A stretch of DNA of 64,000 nucleotides from Blasia pusilla (GCA_050084515.1 CM114271.1:11718001-11782000); one strand, 5' to 3'; shown: positions 23,720 to 38,331, numbered from the stretch's first letter. Numbers and translations: made by a program. The notes: generated by a model from the sequence alone, not told the origin.

Positions 23720-24811
23720 GCAGAGTGAGCGGCCTCGGCGGAGCGCCGAACGAGACGGAACAAACTTCAATAAAGAAGTCGAACGCGACGGAACAAGGAG
23801 GCGCGCGGGGAACAAGGAGCGCGAGCGGGAAGGGGCAGCAGGAGCGAATGTGACACTTTTCGAATGTGGGGCCGGAGGGGTCTCCACACCTCCACCCCTC
23901 CGTAGGGCCCCTACCGGCTGCACCTGCCGCGAGTCCCCGACTCCCGAGTGATGCGGCAATGGGGAGTCATGGGACTCATGAGAGCCGCAGCGGTGTAGCG
24001 GCTAGCCCATCCCTAAAAATATTTAGGGTTGTAAAGTGGGCGGTTCAGATTAAAAGATCACATGGCCCCGGATTTCCGACAGCTAGAAAGGATGTCAGTA
24101 GATTTCCGCCAAATGTAACGAGGAGACGATTTAAATCTGACGTGACACGGGGCCCAAGGTCCGTTGCCGTTCACGCCGTGGGGTATCCGGACCAAAGCCG
24201 ACCGAAGCAGCCAGTTCAGGAGGATTTCCGAAACGTGTCCCCAACCCACCGAAAACCCAGCCGGGAACTTTTAGCTGTAGTCGGAAATTTCTAAAAATGA
24301 CCGGCCGGGATTACTCGTAACCCCGGATCTCCCCGTTCCTTGGGACGGAAGGAGCTACGGAAGGCAGCGTAGGTCGTGGCAGTGCGGAAGGCACGGAGGC
24401 TGCACCGGAAAGTGTGTCAGAGGATGTCGTGAGGCGCAGAGAGTCCAAGCCGCTAGGTCCCACTAAGGGCCGGGTCGCATGGGCAACTTCTTGGGGTCGC
24501 TTGCGACCCCAAGAAGCCACCCGCCGACTGGAACTGCTCGCCGGCGGCGGCTTTCCAGCCGGTTCCTTCCAACCGGCTGGGAACGGAAAGTCCGTTTCGA
24601 TTCGGAAACAATTTTCCTCCCACCCCCCCCTTTTCCTTTCCTTTCGGTTCTTATAAATTCAATCCTTCTTTTTTTTATTTTGCTCCTTGTCTGAGTTGTC
24701 ATTTTCATAGATTTCATGTTTCATGCATATTTTAGTCACATAGTAAGACATTCATTTATTTTTTTATTATAAGATTTTTTATTTTCTTTTTCTTTTTCAA
24801 CTTTTTTAATC

Positions 24812-26106
24812 ATGGATATTTTAGATGAAGAGAGAATGAACATGTGCTTCTTGACTATTTATTTGGTTCTTATAATTCAAATTTTTTCTACTCGTCTTTT
24901 TTTCTTTCAAGTTAGGAGTAGGAGGTCCTTCTTTCATTATCGTGCTCTCTTCTATTTCCAATTCATGATGAATGCTAGGTCTAGTATTACATCACGTCGC
25001 ATGTTCTCTCCTTGGTATATTTTGCCACGATCTATGACATTTACATGTCTTTTCATTGACGAAACTATAATAAGAAGAGATCATCCGGAGCGATTTAGAG
25101 ATTTCTTTCGTGTTACGGTAGATACATTTGACTTCATTTGTGATATGTTACGGAGTCGACTAACTACTAATCCTCCCCATTCCCTACAAGTCTTACCAAA
25201 CAGGTTGTTGAGTGTTGAGAGACAAGTCGCTATTACTCTACGACGTCTTGCCACAAGGGATCAAATGAAGGGGATTGGAGAGTTTTTCGGTATCGGAAAA
25301 TCTACAACTGTGCAAGTTGTCTTTAGAGTCATTAATGCACTTGTGGAGGAGGCACGTGGGGCAGTGGCTTGGCCGAAAGGACAGCATATGGAGAGGGTAA
25401 AATCAGATTTCGAAGCACAACATGGATTTTTGAATTGTTGCGGTGCAATTGATGTCACTCACTTCCTCATGGAACTACCAGCGGGTGCAAATTCCACAGT
25501 TTGGTATAGTCATAAAAGCAAATCTTATGCTTGTGCGATGCAAGCTATCGTTGATTCAAGACTGAAATTCCTAGATGTGTTCATTGGATATCCTGCTTCT
25601 ATTCATGATACTCGAATTCTTCGAAACTCCCAATTCTACAAAAATGTAACTTCCAACCAAAGGGTCCTAGATGGACATTCACTTGCATTAAGAAATGGTG
25701 AGAGGATTCGAGAGTATATTATTGGTGATGCAAGATATCCACTCTTGTCATGGCTCATAGTTCCTTATCCATGAGCACCTATCGGACAAAAGGACACTTG
25801 GAACTTTTATCATTCTTCCATGAGGATGTGTGTGGAGAAAGCTTTCGGCCGATTAAAAGGGACATGGCGCATACTCAATCGAGTCATTTACAAGCACTAC
25901 CGAAGATGATATTTGCTACATGTGCTCTTCATAACATCATGATAGATAGAGAAGATCCTCTAGTATATGATCTCATGGATCCCTCCTCCTCGACAAGAAT
26001 GCATGTAGCACAAGGTCATAGCAATCCTCCAAACAATGAAACAACATTTGAAGGAAGGAGAAATCGTGATGCTCTTTTCGAGCATATCATGGCAAGAGTT
26101 GAATAG
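24812..26106 (+). pseudogene. Harbinger DDE transposase (DDE_Tnp_4/HARBI1-like) with one premature stop and one frameshift
   Basis: CCGAIDVTH, GYPASIHDTRIL, YIIGDARYPLLSWL; TGA at 25772-25774 read through in frame to HSSMRMCVEKAFGRLKGTWRIL; frameshift into MIFATCALHN. Confidence 0.92.
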
Positions 26107-26275
26107 TAATTTCAACATATCCGTAGAAATACATAGAATTACACGTACATATAGCATACAGGTAGAAGTACCTCATATATATCCATATATATGCTTTACA
26201 TATAAGTACATCTCATATGGCTATTTTTGTTCATTGTGTCCTCAATGAAGTTCAATTATTTCTTAATGTAAACTC

Positions 26276-27596
26276 TCAAGATCTCCCTTGAAATCCCCTA
26301 CCAAAGGCATGACAAAAGGCTGTAGAAATCATTGTAAGAGCATCCACATTCTGTTGTAGGACTTTCAACTCTAATTTTCGCTGTTCAATATCCATTCTTT
26401 GACCATCATGTATAACATCTATCATGGCATCAGTAGATTCCTTCCTGGCATCTCCCATGGAGCTCTTACGCCGTCGTTTTCCTCTAATCCCATCCTTGAG
26501 GCTCTTCCTTTTCGAAGTTTCCTTGCCGAAATCTACATTGCCACATAACACCACTAAAGTCATTAACTACATTTCCACATAAGACCAAAAAAGTCACAAA
26601 AATCATTAAAGACAATTATAAGAACCTTCAGTATGAGCACACGATGAAGGCGCACGCGGAGTAGTTGGGATCTCTTCTGCATCCACTGGGACTTGAAATG
26701 ATTCCACATCTATACAAACAATAAATAAATTAGTAGTAGCATATGTGCATAATAAGTGAAATTAACAAAGAAAAGAACTTCCTTTGTTTCATATTCATGT
26801 ACCTGGAGAAGACGATGGAGGAGAAGGTTCGTTGGTTGGGATCTCAAATGACTCCACCTCTATATAAACAACCAATACGTTAGTAGTAGCCTTGTATTGA
26901 TACTAAGAAACAAATGAACAAGGTGACATCCTTCTTCTTTTGGTAAGATTGATATACCTGGTGGCACGAGTGAAGCTACGGACTCATGGGTGGAGGATTG
27001 AAGTTAGCATTAAGATCAAGTAGAAGTGAAGTATCAAAGGTGGACACTCCCATGCTCTCCGGGTCCACGTCTTGTCTTTTGGGGAGCTATTCTACTAGAC
27101 CCTTGTAATAGGCTTCATCAAAGTTTGAAGGTAAAACTAGTGCTTTCTGGTCCTTTCTCAGCATGCGAGTGTCAAAGTAAGACAATTCGCCGCTTTTGGC
27201 CTTTCGCTCCCAATCATGAACCTGTAATGAAAACTTACATGAGTGTCAATTGTAAAATAAAGACACTTCATGTTTTGCATCACATCATAAAAATTGGATA
27301 CCACCAACTTCACTTACTTGTTTGAATTCTTTTATGAGAGCACTCCATTTCTTTTTGCACGCCTGGCCATCACGAATAGGTTGCTTTATCCCATTCTTCA
27401 AACAAAAGTCAGCCACTTTTTTCCACTTTTGTTTTAAGGTGGCCATAGTAGATTGAGTAGTATAATTCAGTTCTAATCGCTCCATTTCATCTCGTTTTGC
27501 TGCAATCAGAATTTGAATCTCGGAAGTTGTCCATGGAATCAGCTTAGCATTCTGCGTTGGTACTTGAGAATCGAGTATGACACAATCCTCGTCCAT
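26276..27596 (-). CDS. Harbinger Myb/SANT (trihelix-like) DNA-binding protein, spliced; internal exons not resolved
   Basis: Exon 1 WTTSEIQILIAAKR...KWKKVADFC...RDGQACKKKWSALIKEFK with gtaag donor at ~27317; last exon coiled coil ...EQRKLELKVLQQNVDAL (26276-26545). Confidence 0.85.
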
Positions 27597-29336
27597 ATGA
27601 CTTCCTTCCTACAACGGCAAGAAAAAGAGTAGTGAAACTTTTATTTTTGAAAAAATGGATTGAAGAAATAATATGACTTTCCAAGAAAAAGAGTAGTGAA
27701 AATTTGATTGTTACTCTTATGCAAAGATTTCAGTCATTGGATGGAATCAAGGAATGGTTGAAAAAGTTTATTGAGGATGGTGGGTGGAAGTTCCTGAACA
27801 TGGACGCAAAGTTTATTGAGGATGGTGGGTGGAAGTTCCTGAAAGCAAAGGCCGCGGGAAAGCCATGCGTGTGTCTTCGTTATACTCTCCTACTTGTCCT
27901 ACCGCGCTGTCGGGATGAGTCAGATTCTGAATGCGCGACTCTAGCCCGTGCAAAACGAGCGGAAGACGTCTTCAGACAGCGAGAGAAGCTCTCGGAGAAG
28001 CAGCTTGTGCTCCTGTGTTCTTGCCAGATCTGGTCTTGAACCTCACGCTATCGCTCCATGAGGCTATATTCCAGGCAGGCTGTCTACTTGGAACGAGGTG
28101 GAGATCAATGTGTACAGTAGAGAATTTCTGGGCTCGTGGATTTTGGTCAGAAGAGAGAGAGAGAGCGGTCGAAACCCCTTTTCTCGACGAGGACGAACTT
28201 CTGAACAGGCCCGAGGGAGAGTGATGCCCATGATTTGTGTTTGGTATAGCAGCAGAAGAGAGTTCCTATAGGACCGGCTCTATGCATGTGAATTACATGG
28301 CATTCGACCGGTACCTTCACATCCAGATTATGGATATTGCCTCCAATTTCTCACCGTCGATTAGGATCTCGTGGTCCGGTGGTCTTCTTACTGCTGTGTT
28401 TTCGTTTTCCTTGGCTGCGGCCGTTGCCCAAGCTCCAGTCCAGCAGTGCTACCAAGGGAAAATACCATGGGAGGAACCGGAATGGATTCATTCACCTGGA
28501 CGGATGCCCATTGAAATCTCCCCGTCGTCTTGCACTCAAGCCCAAGTGACCATGGGTCAAGTAAGTCATCACTTTGAAAATGTAAAATCCATCCTCGCAG
28601 TCAAATCCTGTGCATGAAGTAACTGCCCCCACGAAATGTGCAAACTCGTGGCGGCGCTAGCAGCAGCAGGAGCTCGTGGACACAATTGAGCCTGTAAATC
28701 ATCTTTCTCTTACGTCGGTCACAGTCGATTCGAAACGAAAGTTCGGATCGATTTGGTCAGTGACTTTACTTCTCGAGCTACAGTACTTGAAGAATCAAGG
28801 AGATCTTAAGATTCTCTAATAGTGTTCCATCTTGCGTCGAGATCTGCAGGATCTTATGAAACATTCTAGATTCCACAGAAATTCCAAAGAGCGTGCAGTT
28901 TGAGCGTTTAGAGTTTAAGGTGTCCAAACACCCTTGACGCCAGACGCAATCACATCATCACAGACATGGGCTGCGCTGCGCTGCACTGGGTTGGGGCTGG
29001 GCGAGTGGTTGCGCGGCTCTGATCCGGAAGTGTATGGACGACGTACAGGCGCCTGCGAGAGGAACAGAAATGGGTACGAAGGAGGAATACGAGACAGAGT
29101 TCGAGGAGTCTCGAGGCTTAGCTGTCCTGACATAAACGATCATGGAATCTGGATTTCTCGCTATCCTACATCTGAGACTTCGCGGCTTGGCTCGTAGATC
29201 AGGATTATTTATTAGATTTGGAGCAATATAAAAAGGGAAGTCGATCATGGATGAACACCACGTCAGGGTAGGACGAGGCGACGGCATTCAAGAGTACATG
29301 GCAGGTGACCTCATTGCACAAGTCCATGATTACAAC

Positions 29337-29339
<3 letters not shown>

Positions 29340-29431
<92 letters not shown>
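29340..29431 (+). repeat. (GA)n microsatellite
   Basis: About 45 perfect GA units. Confidence 0.99.
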
Positions 29432-29433
<2 letters not shown>

Positions 29434-30765
29434 GATGAGAAATGACTAACCAAGAAGTCAATCAGTAACTTAATATTTGTTTTCCTATCATGCTCGTAGT
29501 TCGTCGCTCAAGAGAGTAGGCTCCGAGGGTCTGCTCCAGAAATCTAGGCACGAGAGGAAGCTCTCAATCTCTAGTTGTGAGGGCAGCGCTGACACGGTGC
29601 GCCAGAATGACCATTTATTCGAAGCGGTGAGATTGCGTCTGCGACGATTCGAAAGAGCAATGTCAACGCCATATTGTTTCTCCATGAGATGAATGGATCG
29701 AAGGCTGCATTTACGATAGAGTTCGAGACACAAAAACTAGAACATACTGACAATCCATAGCCTCAACTATCCGGAAGGTGAGGTAAGCCTCCCAAGGTCA
29801 ATGAGACGACTCATCGCACTTCAAGTGCACAAAGACATTTCAGTGCACAAATCGATGGCAAAAGATCCAATCTGGAGAGTTGATTTGCCTCAAATCGTCT
29901 TGTGAACATTAGGTTCACGACCAACCGACTTGCACGAGTTGTATCTATCCCCACTCGTGGCGGCGCTAGCAGCAGCAGCAGCTCGTGGACACAATTGAGC
30001 CTGGCTCAACACACACCCAACTGTACTCTTTCGACAAATGATCTCTCTGGCTTTTGTTCAGTCCTCGGTGGTCTTGAGCAAAGTGCAAACTTTCTCTTCA
30101 ATTCAAAACTACATGAATATTGTATGCCTGGTGCAAGCTTTCCACCAGATTCTCCCAAGTAATAATCTGTGAATTCGAATGTAGGCCAAGATCAGGGCCA
30201 ACAGATCCAATTACTTCAATTCATGGCCATCCAACCAAATTCTTCCTACGTCATGGGACCCGGCTACAAGAAGGCCTCTCAAGAAACTTTTCGTCACAAG
30301 AAACTATTCGTCACCCTGCCGTCGGAATGGATCCAAACAGAAAGCGAAAACGGCTAGAAGTGGAACCAGAAGGACCAATTTTTTCAATTTTCTACCGGCC
30401 CCAACGGGTTGTGGACGTCGCAAGGACGCAAATCATTTCTTGCGCCCACTTTTTTTGGGCGCAAGAAAACCAAGGACTGCCGGATAAAACCAGCGACTCT
30501 CTTTGCAAATCACCGACTCCGGCCTGGACAAAAAATTTTGGACCGTCAGATGGAGATCTGGTTTAACAAGGACCAGCGTCGGACACCGACGTTGGCCCAT
30601 GGGACCCGGCCCTAAGGCGCGACCGACCTTGACCGCGGCGGCTACGATGGCAACAGGATCCCGACATGATGCCGTAGGGAGGGCGATGTCCCCCTTTTCT
30701 TGTCGTTTCACTTAAATAAACCCCGAGAAAACTGGGTCTATCCTATTTTCCCTTTACGTGAGTAA

Positions 30766-32038
30766 CGTGACAGCCCCCTTCTCACAGATTCACAAAATGG
30801 ATGTTTCCCCACAAATTCCTCCTAGGATTGAGGGTCAACATCCCCAGAAATATTTTTCACTCACTTTCTTACTTCCAAGTGGCTCTTTACTTGTCCTATC
30901 CACGAAAATAAAATATCTTTACTTCTCTGCCCCTCACTCAAGGAGTTACTAAAGAACTTGGAAATTTCACTCACACCTTCGAACGGTGGCCATGGCAGCC
31001 ACACAAGAATTGTCGTAACTTCTTAATAAAACAATTAAATCACACACCGTTTCTTTAGCAGCGTACAAAACTTTCTAATCTACGACCTTGTCAAATTGGT
31101 GTCTCCATTTTATTTTCCACCAAAAAATGACAGGGATTGTCGTGCAGCCCAACGTCTCTTTCTCCTACGCAAAATTTGGCAGCGCTTCCGCCCTGATTTG
31201 TCCCCAAAAAAATGTAAAACCTATGAAAATACAAATTAGCAAGCTACATGGTGCTTCTGAGAGCACCAGCATGGAGCAACTCGCCCCCATACTCAATCCC
31301 TGTCAAAAATTGGGCAGCGCTTCCGCGTGCCACTCTCCTGTACAAAAATCAGCAATGCAAAACAACGAACTGCATGAATTCTACCCCCGTGAGCACTACC
31401 ATGAGCCATGAAGCGGGGAACACGGTCCCCAACCTGCACCAAACAGCAAGCACCTGCGAGGTCCCCCATGAAGATCTCTCACTAACTCATTCTCTCTTTG
31501 TAAAATACGATCCAATCTCTCTCAACACCATAGCTCTCAAATGTGTGCACTCTCACATGTCTCTCTCAATGTCAAACCAAACCCACTCTCCTAATGAGAG
31601 GCTTGGGTTACACTCACAAGGCAAGGGACCATACCTCCGCCGCCTCATGCCAAGAGGTTCAACAAAGAGAGAACGAGCTCTCAAGCTTTCTCTCCTTGAG
31701 GTATACCCCCTTCCCTCTCCCAAGCCCTCTCAAACGGTAACATATGCTCACAAGTCACCTCCTTGGCTCTTGACCTGCTGTAACGGTCAAGGGCCACTTC
31801 CCAAAGTGTAAATTTAACTCTACCAAACATGGAAATTTACCCAAAATAGTAAGTTTCTCTATATGAGGAAGTTGTGTACGTTGATCCAAATGAACCGAAA
31901 CGAAGGGAAAACTTGCTCTCTCAGGTTTCCCGGGACCTCAGCTGATCATCCTCGACCTCTTGAGCATGTCCTCCTCTACTCGCAAAGGCCCTCTACTAGA
32001 TCTCTTTGATCTATCCTAAAAAGTCATGACATGTCACA
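30766..32038 (-). repeat. Long (~1.27 kb) LTR-like repeat
   Basis: Ends (c)gtgacagccccc...tgtcaca; homologous along most of its length to 41514-42470 in opposite orientation; no matching TSD seen. Confidence 0.7.
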
Positions 32039-32494
32039 CGGTGGTCGAATGTTCGTATCCAAGGTTCCTCGATTGTTGGTGAAGTATGTGTCTACTCCAA
32101 TGCCTCAACCGAGACCGAAAACTTAGTTAACATGCAATTGGTGAAGGTGGAGGAAGTGCTATCTCCCAAGGCGAAAAAGATAGTCACGATCCACACCTCC
32201 CTCATCACAAGAAAAGCAACATGGGGGATCCATCCAATGATGCTCAATATAAGAGTACTGATCTAATAGGGGAACATTCACCATTGTGTGTGTGTAAGGT
32301 GTCCAATGATTCTTACCCATGCTAGAGAATTTTCTATCATTGTGACTCTTTGTGATGCACAAAAAGGAGCAGAAGTCCAACAATGGTAAAATCCAATGGC
32401 CTCCAATAGGGTAATCACTTCCCTATGGGCTCCTTCAATATATCCTGCACAAATAGGAAATAACCATGTGCAATCAGGAATCATACACAATTAA

Positions 32495-33030
32495 AGATGC
32501 ACAAACTTCACAACGCACAGAGCAATAACATATGCACATATCGCTCACTTGGTAACACCAAAAGTGTTCACACCATTCTCACTCGTGTTCCCTGTTCAAC
32601 ACATTTAGTAGCTTAGATGCACAAACTTCACAACACACAGAGCAAGAACATATGTTAATATTGTTGAGTTGGTAACACCATAACTGTTTGACATATTCAC
32701 TAGCCTAGATGAAAAAAATTCACAGCACATAAGCCAAGAGGATATGTTGATATTGCTAAGTTGGTAACACCAAAACTGTTCAACACATTTACACAACTAG
32801 ACGCACAAAGTTCACAACTGATGTAGCTAAGTTGGTAAAAGCAGAGCAAAAGCATATGTTGATCTTGCTATGTTGGTACCACTAGAACTGTTCAACACAT
32901 TCAAAAAGATCACAACATAGAGCAAGAGCATATCTTGCTAAGTTGGTACCAGTAGATTTTTCCAAGATGGTATGTTGATATTGTCAAGTTGATAACACCA
33001 AAATTGTTCAACACATTCATTAGCCTAGAT
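32495..33030 (+). repeat. Degenerate ~91-bp minisatellite
   Basis: Units agatgcacaaacttcacaac...agagcaagaacatatgttgat...gttggtaacaccaaaactgttcaacacattcactagcct start near 32495, 32616, 32707, 32799, with partial units after. Confidence 0.8.
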
Positions 33031-33059
33031 TCATTGCCCAAAGTTGTTGCCCTAATAAG

Positions 33060-34770
33060 AATTTTTTACAGGGAATCCCAATCAAGTAAACTAGATGGTA
33101 GGAGGTTTGTTAAACCCTCTCTCTACACCCTTCCAAGTACATTATGCATATTTGGGTAAGCTGAAGGGTCTAGGTATTCGGATCGATTTGGCTAGTAATA
33201 TGCCTCTCTTTCAACGATCCTTCAAGTATTCTCATATGGAACGAGCCTTGATTCATAGTAGGAGTCGAGACTTGCAATTGGTTGACGTTAAACCCATGGA
33301 GAGGTTTGCACACAAAGTATATATGTGTCACAATTATGCTAACAAAGGACATGCATAGCTTTTGGATCGATAGGTGAATGTGTAGGGATTACCATCCTCC
33401 CAATCAGCCTTCGAGGGCCGATCGCTATGCAATCCCTACTCTTGAGCTTTAATGCAGTAGAGCATGCAAAGATCTTTCATTTTTTGGATCTCCGTATTAG
33501 TTATCATTAGTTACCCATTCGAGTGGAGGACAACGAGAAGACAACATTTTGGGGGATTGATCCTTTTGGAAGGACTTTTTGTACCAATGGCGATTTTACC
33601 CATTCAGGTTGAAGAACGGCCTTGCAGGATTTCAGCATGTTATGGATAGGATTATGTATTGCGACTCTCATAGCCAAACATATGCTGATGTGGAACATCA
33701 GATATCTAGTAGGCTCACACTAGGATGGATGCGCGTCGGAGAAGTCTCTTGAAGGAGACACAAGATGTAAGATGCAAGCAAGACTAGGCGTTTCAAGTGA
33801 TGAGGTTCGTGACCTAGTAATCGAGACCAAATGCAAAGCAAGACTTGAGATGAGTTCAAGTCCCATGAGATTTGGTTGCTAAGAGGATTTTGAACTTGAT
33901 TTGCGTTTGAGTGTTTTGCCGTGTTAAAGATCATATTGACCAGAGCCAATGTGCATTTAGAATGAATAAGGTGGCGTTGGAAAGTTCATAAAAATACAAT
34001 TCCAACAAAGGTGGGGAGGGGGTGGAGATCTCTAGAACTATATATAAGGGGGAGGTGCTCCAAGGGGTGATTGGAACTTGAACTCTGCTTTGGGGCACCG
34101 CGGGGTGAACCAAGGGCACAGAATGGATCGGGAGGTTGGCTCAAGGTATGGACACCAAGCCAAGTCCAAGGGAGCGAATCATGGATGTGAACCTTGGACA
34201 TCAACCCGTGGCTGATATCTTGGATCTCGGTTAGTGACTCATTTGAGATTCATCGAAAAATTGGAACCACCTGGCGAGAAAGTGTCGTTTTAGATGTCTG
34301 GACTATCTAGGAAGTCTGTCCCAAGTCTAGGAAGACTTGGCCGTATGTTTAGTGAGGGATAGGAACTGTTGAGCTTGATGAATGGCCCGAGTTGAAAACT
34401 TTGGGAGACATAAGCGAGACTATTGTAAGTGTGCTTGGGTGCAAATCAGTAGTGTGAGCGGGGCCTCGTGAACGCAAGCTTTCTCATCGCTTGAGATCGA
34501 CATTCAAGACAATAGGTGCACGACATTCTGGTTGGTTTGGTTTTCACAAGATGTTACATTAATTACATCACTATCTTCAATATCATGTTTAAGGAGCACA
34601 AGAGACATATGGGAGGTGTTCCAATGATTGCAATAACGTAGGCTAACGTTGCATCCAGGCAAGTGCACATTCTTTCATGACCAGATTGAGTACCTTGGAC
34701 ATACCATTTATCCATGGGGTATTAGAGTTTAGTAGACAAAAGATGGAGGCCATAGCGAGAGATGCGAGTC
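33060..34770 (+). mobile_element. Two decayed gypsy RT fragments (33060-33690, 34500-34770) around an ~800-bp TATA-containing, possibly LTR-like segment
   Basis: GIRIDLASNMPLFQRSFKYSHMERALIHSRS is homologous to ~22180-22270; downstream DILVGLVFTRCYI...LHPGKCTFFHDQIEYLGH is homologous to 47260-47450. Confidence 0.65.
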
Positions 34771-37700
34771 AAGTCTGAGCTTTCATGAGATCGAAAAACT
34801 GAGTAGAGAGTTCTAATGCAAACAATGATCCTTATGATAAGAAAAATCCACAATAGCTATTTCTCACAAGTAGGTTGTCATGTTTGGCCTAACTATTGAG
34901 CAACCTGCAAGGGTGTCAACAACACCAACTTAACATCCACAATACTAGACGTTCACACGGTGCAAACAAATGAATACCGAGGCTGCATGTGACATATATG
35001 AAGTGCATCACTATCACAACAAGCGGCCACCTATGGTCTTACGGGAAGGGTCCATGTTGAGCACAATTATGAGGCGATGGAAGGTCACTACACTAAGTCT
35101 ATACACTCGGTATGACTTGCACTAGTATGTGTGTGGAACTACAAGATTCCACTTCAATCAAAATATTATAATATCCAAGGTGGTGCGGAAATTCTTAGCG
35201 ATTCCTAGTTCAAAATAGCTGCGAAACTAGTAGCTGTACCTAATCCAATCGTGCAGTTTATATAGGTTCCTTTGGCGTGCAGAAAATTACAAAGAGGCTT
35301 CCAATTGTGATGATTTCCTTCTCTCCCTGATCTAGGTTATAGCTCTACAGCACCCATCGGAGAACGACGAAATACATGGCACCACATTCTCTACAACCGT
35401 CGATAAGAGGGCATAGAAACAATTGTGCACGATTCCTCGTCACGCACGGAAATTCCACCAATCTCGATGATAAAACCACTAGGACCAGCAAACCGAGATG
35501 ATCACCGCCAAGAGACAGTACGACAGTGAAAATCGAGTAGGGCATAGGGTGTAGGAACTGTTACCAGAGTGTGGTGCAGGGAGTGATAGTAGTGAAGAAA
35601 ATGCACACATGTTACACCCAACAACAGGGGCATTGGAGATGTGCGGACCATGAGGTCGCTGTGGGCGATTGAGAGTATTCCTGAACACCAGGCTTAGGGT
35701 CGCCGGATTGCTTGTTTGAAGGCAGCAACGTTTGAGTTATTGCATTGACAATTGGCAGAGAACCCGGTGGGCTGTACAGGAACAGTGGAGATCGCGCGCA
35801 CGCTGTAGAGATACGAAGGGAAGGAGGTTTTTCAGCAGATGTGAACGAGGACCGTATGCGTACCCATACAAGAGTTCTACTAAAAGGCGGCAACGGCAAT
35901 ATAAGGAATAAGCGATACCTATGAAGAGGAAAACCGAGTCAATTACCAATACTAGTGGTTGGGACATTCTGATCACATTTCGAAAGCTTTGTCGCAATTG
36001 CGCATTGTGACTGATAGAGATTCCAGAAAGATGTCTTTACCCCTGATCTACATTAGAAAGGTAGGTAGGCAATGAGCGAGAACTGAGCATTTTGATAGGG
36101 GCACAGACCAGGTAATTGCGAAGAAATACTTGCTAAGCCTGTAATACTATGAAAGAAAACTGTCATAATGAAGAGGGACAACAAAATCCAGCTGCTCCGA
36201 GTTGCATATGTGGGCAGGGAGAGAATGACTCTCTTGTTCTCTGAACCATCTACTTGCCTCGGGCATTCAGTCAGTGGTCAGGTGCCAAACGGTGTCCGCA
36301 ATGAAATAGTAACATTCCCTCACCGCCCAAAATATACACGCCGATATTGTCACAACACATCTTGCATAGTGAGCTGGGAGACCTACTCACGCGGGCCCAA
36401 GGAGAAAAAAAAATCTTTTAGAATTGTCCCAAAAAAGGCCGTGCTATCTTGCCACACACTTGAGACAACCCGATCGGCATGGCAATGCCTTCAACAGCTG
36501 AAAGAATAAACTCGAAACATTCCCTCAGGCATGGCAACATCCTCAACAGCTGAAAGGTCTAACAAAAAAGGCAGGTCTGTCGAATGAGGGTTTTTGTGCA
36601 GGCGCTTGGTCGAGAGGGTTTGATAGAGTTCACGTTCCCTTTTCTCCCCGTCTTACCCGCATCCCCTAAGTTATTTTAGTAGCGCATACTTAAACGAGGC
36701 ACCTCAACTTGAAGTGATATAACATGTGTCGTGGCATCTGATGGGCCTCCGATTTCTCTATCTTCTGAGCCATGTCGCCAGGAGACTTAAATGCAGTATT
36801 CACACAATAATAGTAGGAGCCGTTGAAACTCAAAAGCCATACTTCATCTAAGATACTCAAAACATCTGGATGATTCTTCTCGACATACACCCGGTGATAG
36901 CTTTGCCATTATAAAAAATTTGTGGAGTGCACTTTCTCCGAGCTCGTGCGACTATCAGGTATTCTTACACTACTACGGCGAAGTAAGTAATGAATCTCAC
37001 GTCACACAGCACAGGTAAAAGTAAGTAAGAACAGGGGTCTGAGGATCTTTCATGGATTAATATATGTGGGGTTCTAACTCTAGATCCACAAGCCTTATGT
37101 ATATTCCACATCAATTCCAATCACATGACTTTCATCCTGATGACCATGAGGGACAGTCCAAACTCAAGTCAGACAATATCTGGCCGTATTTGATAAAAAC
37201 TTCAGATTAAAAAGTCCTGCCTTAGCACAAAACCACTTCGCTTTGCTAGGTATCTGACATATTCTGTACCAACCATTTTTCTATTTAAGAGAGCGAATGG
37301 GGAAAGTCGATGTATTTTCTGTGGTGCTTAACTCCCTTTCAAAGTGGGAGTCCATTATATCTGGTTAGTTCATCTAAAAGTACGCCTAAAAACCTAATCT
37401 GACGAATCAGGTGTTGCAAGATTCAATAGAGTTTTCTTATTGCTACCATCCAGTTGCGTGGCTTACACCGGTCTGCTTTGCAAAGTCAGGAACCCACCTG
37501 CCTTCATTTCTCATACCCAATACCACTTCACCGTGGAGTTTTATCAACAGGTCCTTTTTTAATCAAACTGTTTTATTTGCAAACATATATGAAGACCCCC
37601 TTCAGATGAAGGGGTCTTCATACAAACCTTGAACTGATCTCGGATTATTTGCATCATATCAGAATCCAACCGCAGACCCTGACCTTGCCACTCCATTGCC

Positions 37701-38015
37701 AAAAGCCAAGTAACATGATCAACTACCTCATTTACCAGGTTATAATATGGTTTGGATGAAGACCTCAGAATATACCTAGCTCAGCACCAAAGCTCGGAAG
37801 CATCATCACTTCACTGGTGTTCTATCTCGGCAACAGATTCATCACCTGTAGTTGATTTAGGCTCCCTTCTCCTTTCTAGATTGGAGCTTCCAAGTGAGAT
37901 TCCTTGGGCAGTAAATCAATCGAAGAGGTTCGAGGAAGGGGAGGGCATAGGAATCATGCAACCCCATCTGATGGGTTCTGTTGAAGACAATGTGTGAAGG
38001 ACAAAGAGTACAGGT

Positions 38016-38049
<34 letters not shown>

Positions 38050-38331
38050 GGAATTCACAAGTCATTTATCAACAACATTCAGCACTCCACCATCAATCTT
38101 AAAAGCAACAGTTATTGCCAGACCAATATGGGAAAGCTATCAGCTGTACAGTTCAAATCATTCTGAAAGCCCTGTGAACCACCCTACCTAATCAAAAAAG
38201 ACTTCCGATCTGTCAGGCCCATGCAAAGTAGGCACAGGTTTGGAGCCTGAATCCACATGGTCCTGCGAACTTTTCAGTGTACCCGGAAGAGTACTGCTTA
38301 TCTGGGTGATGAGGACAAGTTCCCGTTTTGC

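Larger units (their letters stand above)
24467..30612 (+). mobile_element. Complete PIF/Harbinger DNA transposon (6.15 kb)
   Basis: 17-bp TIRs GGGCCGGGTCGCATGGG (24467-24483) and CCCATGGGACCCGGCCC (30596-30612), 16/17 match. TAA TSD at 24464-24466 and 30613-30615. Convergent transposase and Myb/SANT genes. Confidence 0.95.

Noticed and set aside
29205-29453. ER/SL-repeat ORFs (also 51583-51840)
   Set aside because: Translations of (GA)n microsatellites.
35345-35997. Possible GPI-anchored or LTP-like secreted protein gene on minus
   Set aside because: Short ORFs in different frames with no coherent Cys pattern or splice model.
36690-36890. Short minus-strand ORF downstream of prohibitin
   Set aside because: No recognisable motif or supporting exons.
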